DNA of 60,343 nucleotides, counting the filler, from Dugesia japonica (lineage: Eukaryota), in NCBI GenBank assembly GCA_001938525.1. It is 6 parts of 6 records of this genome, joined end to end, with 100 filler letters (N's around TTAATTAATTAA, not from the genome) between each part and the next. Parts side by side here need not be neighbours in the genome. Positions count along the whole stretch, not along the records: positions 51,383 to 60,343 come from MQRL01282259.1; 5 more parts are not named here. One strand, 5' to 3'. The notes under the pieces were generated by a model. The model was not told the origin of the DNA. It was given only the letters and a program-made list of their open reading frames with translations, and ran no database searches. The position numbers and the translations under genes are program-made. Every line of letters starts with the position of its first letter. Position 1 is the first letter of the stretch. Below, piece after piece: positions 51,780 to 60,343 of the stretch.

Positions 51780-53470
51780 TCTGTATATACAAAGCTAATG
51801 GATAGAGTAAGCAAATAAGTATAGTAACCTAATATGATAAAGTGAAACCAGTGGAATACCGTAAAACCAATGAATAGAGCAAGGTTATTAGTACAGTAAA
51901 CGAATGTGATAGAGTAAATCCCAATTAATACAGTAAACTAATGTGTAACAGGGAAACTAATGGTCATAGTAAAGCCCATTTGTTACAATAAAATCATTGC
52001 AATATAGTAAAGTCAATGACTACCATACATATTACCTAATCATAAAAATTATTCAAGTAAGTTGTTTGACTTATTACTAATTTATCATTTGAATATGCTT
52101 CAAATCTAAGCAACTATAGACTAATTTTATTAAATCATCGATATATTGTAGTCACATACAAGCAAATTATTACCACTTGTGTATAAATTATTACCACTTA
52201 TGTATGAATTACGACCATTAATATGTAATCTACAGACACCTATGCACAAATTGTAGTCACGTATGAGCAAATTATCCCGACATATGTGTAAAATATATCA
52301 AACTATTTACAAATTATTGAACGTTATGAGTAAATTATAACCACTATGAATAAATTATAGTCACATATAAGCAATTTGTAACCAACTATTGTACATAGAA
52401 AAATTAGTTTGAACATTTTCAAGTCTAAATTTTATTTGAATAACTTTATTTTAAAAAATTTCTATAGATAAACACAAAATATATACTAAGTCCATAAGCA
52501 ATTCTATTAAAATGTATAGACCAATAAATTAAAATATAGCTTAATTTTATTAAGATTTATTAAATTTCCATTAATCTCAGTAAAGTTAATTAAATTTAAT
52601 TANNNNNNNNNNNNNNNNNNNAATATAATAGGTTTAATAGACTTATAGTATTCATTAAATGTACTCTATTGTCTTTGTTTCGTAGAGTTCATCAGTTGCA
52701 TTTGAACAGTAGACCAACGGTTATAGTAAAATCATAGAAAAAAATGTAATAATATAGACAAATTTATTAAGATTTATTAAATTTCCATTAATTTCCTTAA
52801 TTTATCAATTTTACAGAGTTTAGCAAGAAATATCAAAAAGCCAGTAAATAGAGCAAACACGTGGATACAGTAAGCAAACGGGGATAGAAAACTGATTTGA
52901 TACAGTAAAACTCACGACCTTCAGTAAATCAATAGAAAGAGTAAGCCAATGTGACACGGTATTTCAATAAAGTCAATGGTCACAGTAAACCAATGGATAG
53001 AGTAAACCAATGTGACACAGTAAGCCCATTTATTTTAATAATACTAATGTGATACAGTAAAATCCTTGTATTTCAGTAAACCAGTGTGACGTGTAATGTG
53101 TAACATTTACTTTAATGTGTAACACAGTAAAGCCAGTGAACATAGTAAACCAATGTATTTTAATAAAACAATTTTAACACAGTAAAGCCCAGGTGCTACG
53201 GAAAATCCAATGGGATATAGTAAACCAAAGTGATATAGTAAGCCTATGTGATACAGTGAACAAATAGTTTTAGTAAGCAAATGAATGCAGTAAGTTAGTA
53301 GATATAGTAAAGTAGTGGACATTGTAAACCAATGAACACCAATTAACTCCACAAATAGATAGTATTTTGTCATAGTATATGCTGAAATCAGTCAATTCAA
53401 GTAAATTATTTAATTTATTACAATAGTTTAATTTAATTTTAGCCTATTAATCTAATCTAACCTAATTATG
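51780..53470 (+). repeat. Composite minisatellite block (~20-bp ACAGTAAACCAATGTGAT arrays; ~21-bp CAAATTAT..CAC.TATG array)
   Basis: Arrays at ~51780-52020 and 52830-53345 are each followed by a similar ATTCAAGTAA.TT.TTT.A.TTATTAC tail. A second unit type occupies 52140-52400. Confidence 0.75.
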
Positions 53471-53839
53471 TTTAGAAAAATATGTACTATTAAGAAAAAT
53501 TATTTAAAGTTAATAAGTTTTGTAATTTAAATTTATGTTTTTATTTTGTCAATTTATAAATTTTTTGAAAATTAAAATGTTACATGTGTTACCATAGCAA
53601 TATTTTAATGGTTTTAACTTTTTTTTATCAATAAAAAATTATTATTTTCAGTTTTTCAGTTTTTCAATGTTAAATGTTTGTAAACATTTTAACGTTTTTT
53701 TTCAAAAGTAAATCAAAATTTTTATTATAAAATCATTAAAATTCGACATTTACTCGAAAAATCATGAATTTCAAATAAAAATCTGAAATTTTGAAATTTA
53801 ATAACAATGAATTAAAATTAACACATAAAATAAAATTAT

Positions 53840-54360
53840 TAGAATGAAGCATTTTTATACAGCAAACCTTATATACAAAATGTTCAGGATTTTATTCTAA
53901 ATTTTACGGTCTAAAAATGTTTTAAAAAATATTATTTTAATTATAATTATAATTTATAATTAATTTTATAATTATATATTATTTTGATTACCAAACATAT
54001 ATGTACAACACACCCTATGAAAAATATGTTTAGTTTTTAATTCTGAGTTTAAAAGTACCCATTTTGTTATTTTATCATAAGTATTTCTCGAAAAAATATT
54101 TTTTATCCTCGGTGAGACATGGCACCTTGGAATTTTCTAACTTTTGAACTAAAAATATTTTTACAACAAACCCTACACAAGATTTGCTTGGAATTTTATT
54201 CTGAATTGAATACTTTTATTTTCAGTGAAATACAATAAGTATTGACTGAGTATTTATAAAACAAGTTCAAAAGTGCCAGTGCGCTCATAACTTTTCTCGG
54301 AGAACCAAGCATATTTATTTAGCAAACCCTATATAGAAAAGGTTTACCTTTCAATTCTAA
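53840..54360 (+). repeat. Degenerate ~150-bp-period tandem repeat
   Basis: A CA(A/G)CA(A/C)ACC(C/T)TA...ATTCT motif recurs near 53857, 54004, 54161 and 54318. Confidence 0.55.
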
Positions 54361-55229
54361 GACGATTAATACCAAATTCGAAATTACACGATAAAATTTG
54401 ACCGAAAAGTTTGGTTTCGAAAATTTGAATTTTCGACCTTCCTGAGCAAAAATTCGACCGTTCCAACCCGAATTCGAAATTTTTTTTCATATTTTCAGAA
54501 CGTCCAATCGAGAAGCTACAAATCAAAAATCATCAAAACAACCGAAACAGTCAAAGGCGGGGGGGCGGGGGGTTCGATGCCAGTGCGCTCTTATCTATCT
54601 ACTGCAGATGTCTGCAGATTGACTATAAATGTCTGTGGATGTAACAATGCAAAAAGTGATTTGTCAAAAATTCTCTCTATTCTATAGTAAAATCGACTAA
54701 GTGTTTTAAATGTTCAAAATTAATATCTGCTGTATCGTATTTCTTAATAAAAATAATTAATTCTTCATTACTTTGTCCTGAATATAAAGATTCTAATAAA
54801 TAACTAGATGATTTTAAAAATCGCATATATTTATAATAAGAAGCTCTTTCATAATTTGTTTCTAATGTAAAAGCATTTAACATTTCTAATATGCTTTTGA
54901 ATTTTTAATTCTATTGAAATGTAAATATTGATGCAATAATATTATAAATTTCTATAAATTTTTTCTTATTCAGTGGAGCCATTTTTATAAAATAAACTAG
55001 ATTATTATTATTATTTATAAAAATCTTTTATCTATTTCGATTAGACTTTAAAATTATATATTCTAGAAGCTTTGTTGTTTTTGAACCATTTATTTTAAAA
55101 TTATTTATTATATCATGAAGTTCTTCTTTATTTAAAATATAACAATTTTCATTATATTTATTATCTTTATTGTAATAATTTTCATCCATTTTTTAATATT
55201 CATTAAAAAGTTAAATTAATATTTACGTT

Positions 55230-58200
55230 AAATACCTTCCATTGCAATATGGCCCGTTATTTATGCTATTGTAATAATATCTTTTATTATCATATGGATT
55301 TAAAGATATTTTATTTTGTTTTACTGTATAAACATTATGTAATTACGTTCTTATACTATAATTGATATTATATTTCAAATTACCATTCTTTATTGCATCT
55401 TTATAATTACTCATATGTATTTCTTTGTCAACGACGCTTGTACTCGTTCCTTTATTTTTCTTTTTCTCTTCATTATCCCCGTTTATAAAACAATATGATT
55501 TTGATTTTAAAGCACAGAATTCTTTCATTAATTTCCTCCTAATTCATCTGTAAAATAATCAATTACTTTTTTATGTTTAGTTATATCTTTGGGAGTTAAT
55601 TCTAATTCTCTTGCAGCAGCACTATCTATTTTGTAATTACTAAAGTCGAATATTTCTTTGAAATTCTTTTCTCTTATTTCTTTATATAAATCATCTGATA
55701 TAATATTAAATACCCAAGAATCAGTATCTGCATATAATGGTGCAATATTTAACTTCGGATTTCATTCTTCATAAAAAGTTTTATACATATGCAACTTTGA
55801 TAATTCTAATATAACAAATCCAATATTAATTGGTTTTTTCATTTGTATTGGTTTCTTTGTAAAGTGACAAGCAAATAGATTTTGATCAAATTTTTTTAAA
55901 CTTTTAAATGTTGATTTAGAAGTTTTTTTGATAAATTGTACTGATGTATTAACTAATTCTATATTTTGTCTTAATCTTATATTCTCCATTGTTTTACCAA
56001 AGAAATCATTGTTCATTAATTTCCACAAATCTTTCTCAAAATCAGTTTTTGCTACAGTTCTTTTTCATGTATTATAATCCAAATAATCTTTTAACCAAGG
56101 TTTTTCTCAAAATGAAACTATCTGATGTACTTTTGTTACAACCTTTTCTCTTTGAAGAGAGTATTCTAGATTCTTCCAATAAACAAGATAATTTGTTTTT
56201 GGATTTAAATCTAAAACTAATTTTTCTGTCTCAACAAACTTTTGTTTTGATTGATTTAATAAATCTTTCTCATAGTTAGATAATTCATTTATTTTTATCT
56301 TTCTTTTCTCTGGAGCCAATGCATATTTCCTATTAGCTAATTTTGCTGCATCATCTTTATATTGTAAATCAACTTTAAAAGCATAACCAACATTAAACTC
56401 GTTATTATGTATTTCTTTGGCTATATTAAACATAAATGATAATGCCTGCATTGAATTTTCATTCGTTTTATCAATTACTTCTTTTGCAGTTTGTTCAAAA
56501 TTACTATAAGGTAAAGGTTGACTCATTGAATGCCTTTATAAATTATTTGGATTGATATATAATAAATAATTCTGTTTAAAATATGGTTTATAGATTTTTA
56601 ATTGTTTATTATTATTAATCTTTGGTATCATATCTTTAAATACCTCATTTGTATATTTATTATTTGCTTTAACATATCTATCTCCTAATACCGTCAAAAT
56701 TCACCCTCTTATACCTCTTTCAAAAATTTCGAACAATTCTTGCGTTTGTAATAAATCTAATGAAATTACTGTGTGTTTTAAACCTTTTTTCCATGTTAAA
56801 GCAAAAGCAGAGACAAAATAAGTTGGATCTAATTCATTTATTGCTCTAAATTTTTCTACCATGAAAAACTCTGGTATAATCTTGTACAAATTCAGGATAT
56901 AAAGATTTAAAATAAAGTGTTACTGTAAATGGGACATGAGTATTAACTAATCTGTAGTAATAACTCTCGCTGTTTTTGCCAAATACGACTCAAAATCGGT
57001 ATAAATCACAAATTGTTGTTTTAACTTATAATTATATTGTGTAAACTTTATATTAGACATTCTTTCATATTTATGTTTCAGATTTGTGCATTTTTCGAAT
57101 AATTTTAGTTTTCCCTCCAGATTGTGACATTGGTTACATTCATTTACAGCTTCAATTAACTGGTTTTTTACATCTATTGGAAAAATTAATCTAGATTTAT
57201 TATCAATTGACTCGCAAAGCTCTTTATGGGCCGCAAATTAATCTATTGTACTCAAATAATTAAAACATCTGTCACACAAATATGTACTATTTCCATTATA
57301 AGAGGTACTTTCTCATTGAGAAAACTCTTTAATCTTTTAATCCAAAAGTAATGACCTTGGTAATATCCTAAATAAAGTTTACATTTATTATTGGACATAT
57401 TATTACAGTCTGTCTCTAAATACCTAAATTTATGAAGATGACTGTATTGTTCTTGAAAGTTATTTAAAACCTCACATTGGAAACCATCAGTTTTGATTTC
57501 ATAATTAGAAATATGCAATGGGGATGATATATAACTTTTTCGGAGTGTTAAATCATTTTCTAATGGTTTTGGATCTAATTCAAGAACATTTATAGAAATG
57601 TTGAATAATTTTTCAAAAATTTTAATCTTATTTATTGGAAAACCTGTCTTCATTATCTGATTTACATCTATACCATTTTCCATTAATACATTAGTATTTA
57701 TTCCTTTAAAACAATTTTGAATAATATTTAAAATCACTTATATGATGTGAATCATTTGGTTGAGGAAATAAATATGCAATTATATGCCAAAATATACAGA
57801 AATTATCTTTTTTTTAATATTTATTATTGAATTGGATCTAAATGGAAGATTGAAAATATGTCCTCCCCCTAGAGATTTAACTCTGGTGAATTCTAATTAA
57901 ATATCTTTAAAACCTATTATTCTCCAATTGCTTTCTTGTAAACTTTTCATCTTATATTATTTATACTAATATACATTTCTTCATAATTATTTCTACTATT
58001 ATTAAAACAAATTAAAGGATTCGACTGAATACATATATCCTGTTTTAAAGTATTTCTATTTTCTACCTCTTCATTAATTAATAGGTCATCTCTTTGCATA
58101 TAAACAGTGCAAGAGATTAAAAATTTAAATTTTTTATAAGGACATTGTTCCATCTTATCTCTGATTGTATTTTCAAAACTAGATAAATAAGTATTTATAT

Positions 58201-58310
58201 TATCAGTTAAAAGTAAATCATGAGCTATAGTTTCTTTAAAATAATATAGGTGAACATTTATTGCCCCCAATCTATTAATCTCCCGTTGTTCGCGATTATT
58301 TCTTCGCACT
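55230..58310 (-). pseudogene. Polinton/Maverick protein-primed DNA polymerase B, fragmented, with an internal deletion
   Basis: Terminal-protein region (INI..KDNFCIFW; FEKLFNISINV; GHYFWIK), Exo I FVIYTDFES, ERGIRG, motif A YINPNNL*RHSMSQPLP, motif B KLMNNDFFGKTMENIR, motif C YADTDS, and EFCALKSKSY. Confidence 0.92.
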
Positions 58311-58491
58311 TCTCGGTGATTAAAGAGAGAGGTGGGTCTATTAAGTCTATTTTTTCTATTTCTCCTTATAATTGGAGGTAAATTGGGATTATTATTTCTT
58401 CGTAATGCCGGAATGTCTTTTTTTATTATATAAATAACTTTTTATTATTATTTATCTTATTTATTTAAAAAAATGTTATTTATTAAAGTGT

Positions 58492-58714
58492 AGTAGTTGT
58501 TAAAAGCGTAGGAAGGCACTTGTGCCGGTTTTTTGGATTTTTTTGCCGTTTTTTGCATGGTGCCATTTATTTAATTTAATAAATTTAACTAATTGATTCA
58601 AATTTTGGGTTTTCTGTCATTAAATGGGAAAAACCCGTCAAAACAACCATTTTAGACATGGTGAAAAAATAAAAAAAATGATATATGAGTCATCCTACGC
58701 ATTTACTAACTACT
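58492..58714. repeat. Imperfect inverted repeat with AGTAGTT termini beside the pPolB start (candidate Polinton terminus)
   Basis: AGTAGTTGTTAAAAGCGTAGGAAG at 58492 vs the reverse complement of 58691-58714, AGTAGTTAGTAAATGCGTAGGATG. Confidence 0.6.
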
Positions 58715-58799
58715 CACTTCAAGACACACACACATTTACGAACAATTCATGATATTAATGTTTTAAAACTTGATGTTGTCTAAGACAATGTTCAAAAAC

Positions 58800-59570
58800 T
58801 TGATTCTACAAAAATGAAAATCACAAAGTATTTACTAAATAAACCCGATGATGTAACTTTTTCTCCACTTGTCTCAAGAATGTGTGCATTAGACTACATA
58901 TCCTTTAAAGTTTTTTGAACCTTTACTGATTTAAAAAATTGCATTTCTGATAATGATATGATGATTGAAGTTTTGTACGTGGCAAAGAAAATGTTACCCA
59001 GTTTTTTGCATTATGGCGCTTGAAAACATTAAAAAATAACAAAATAGATTTAGATAAAGATATTATATCCATAACAACTGATGGTGCAGCGGTAATGCTA
59101 AAAGTAGGTCGCCAAATACAATTTTATCAACAGTTATGTTTTGCACACGCAATTCACTTAGCTGTAATCGATGTTCTCTCTAATAAATTAGAGTTAGGGC
59201 AACTAACTCCAAAAAATATTACTTCACAAGAGGATTCAAGAAAAATCCGAGATGAAGATTGTTTTTACAATGACAATATTGTGTTGATCGTGATGGAGGA
59301 AAAGGAGCTCGAATTAAATAATGCTGAGACTGAGGAATCAGGAAGTCTTTAATATTTACATAATGGTGGGAACAATGAGTTTCATGAATTATTTACTAAA
59401 CTGACAAGAAATACTGTTGCTTAAATGATTGATATTTAATCAAAACACAGAAATTTGTAAGCTGAACAGATTGAAGCTGATCATTTGAAAGTTTCAATTA
59501 CGGATGACTTAATAAATACACAGCCTCAATTTTTAATGCAAAAGCTGGAGAATAAAATCAATTCATATTT
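58800..59570 (+). mobile_element. Degenerate hAT transposase fragment
   Basis: LVSRMCALDYISF and IISITTDGAAVM...QQLCFAHAIHLAVIDVL (TD plus CxxH motif). Confidence 0.85.
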
Positions 59571-59574
59571 AGTG

Positions 59575-60030
59575 AATTAATAGTAAACCTGTATTATTGG
59601 CATAGTTATCTTGTATTATTTACATAACAACAGTGTATTATAGGTTTTACGCGTATATTATATACAAAACCACCGTTTAATAGTTTAATAGTAACCATGT
59701 ATTATAGGACTTTTAAGTGTTTTATTTACACAGTAACTGTTTTATATAAGACGTATGAGGCTATTATTGTCATAGTTACCTTGTTTTATTTACATATTAA
59801 CCGTATAATATAAGACTTATGAGGGAATTATTTATATAGCAAACGTTTTATATAAGGCTTTTGAAGGTATTTGTACATAGTAACCATGCAGTATAGTGTT
59901 TATGAGTGTAATATTTATATAATTTCATTGCCTTATTTACTTATCAACTATGTAATATAGGTTTTATGAGTGTATTTTTTTCAAAGAAACTGTGTAATTA
60001 AAGACCTATGAGGGTATTTTTGTTTACATT
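59575..60030 (+). repeat. Degenerate minisatellite (~40-bp AGTAACCATGTATTATAGG...TATTTACA units)
   Basis: Recurring TAACC/TAACT-GTATTATAGG-TTTATGAG-TATTTACA segments. Confidence 0.7.
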
Positions 60031-60343
60031 GAACAATTTGATTATCTTAGTTTTCTTTAATTTATTAATAATGTATAACATTTTATCTATTTGTTTTAAC
60101 GAATCAATTAAATTAATACCATCAAAACCCCAAATGTTCCTCTTAGTTCATTAATTATGACAACCAATATTAATTACATAGATGAAATACTGAAAGAATT
60201 GACAAAGAAAATGAGCTTTCCTACAGACAAACCCTGTCAATTTTAAGTCAAAAGTGATAAAGTTACAATTATTTACTTCAGACCAGGAAAATGTAGAAAA
60301 ATGATTTGTAATAATAATAATAATTATAATAATAATAATAATA

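Noticed and set aside
52670-52700. CTGATGA...GAAAC on the minus strand (possible second hammerhead)
   Set aside because: No pairing stem II or stem I and no NUH in register.
51780-53345. Regularly spaced short repeats resembling a CRISPR array
   Set aside because: The units are degenerate and contiguous with no unique spacers or cas genes, and the context is eukaryotic.

Overview
This is a very AT-rich eukaryotic (animal-like) draft sequence, not prokaryotic DNA. It joins about six unrelated ~9-11 kb contigs through N-padded TTAATTAATTAA linkers (10077, 20510, 32111, 42611, 51327), so gene neighbourhood is only meaningful within each block. Host genes have unusually short (~40-47 nt) GT-AG introns. 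Four host loci are recognisable. (1) A meiotic HORMAD/Hop1-type gene (minus, ~13241-18424) with HORMA, PHD and winged-helix regions and an 11-nt micro-exon. (2) An intronless 471-aa otopetrin-like multi-pass protein (35028-36443) with a pseudogenised tandem paralog behind a hAT remnant. (3) An OTU1/YOD1-like deubiquitinase (minus, ~40210-41266) with no visible C-terminal zinc finger. (4) The C-terminal part of a divergent IP3-receptor-family Ca2+ channel (minus, ~43058-46270) with a non-canonical GIVGD filter. The rest is mostly degraded mobile elements: Tc1/mariner/IS630, hAT, Ty3/gypsy and Penelope-like elements. It also holds a repeat family carrying a minimal hammerhead ribozyme (best copy 39441-39479) and three separate Polinton/Maverick-type remnants (packaging ATPase ~1.8-2.0 kb, pPolB fragment ~18.9 kb, long pPolB 55-58 kb with an AGTAGT-ended inverted repeat). 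All assignments come from manual translation and motif recognition; no searches were run.
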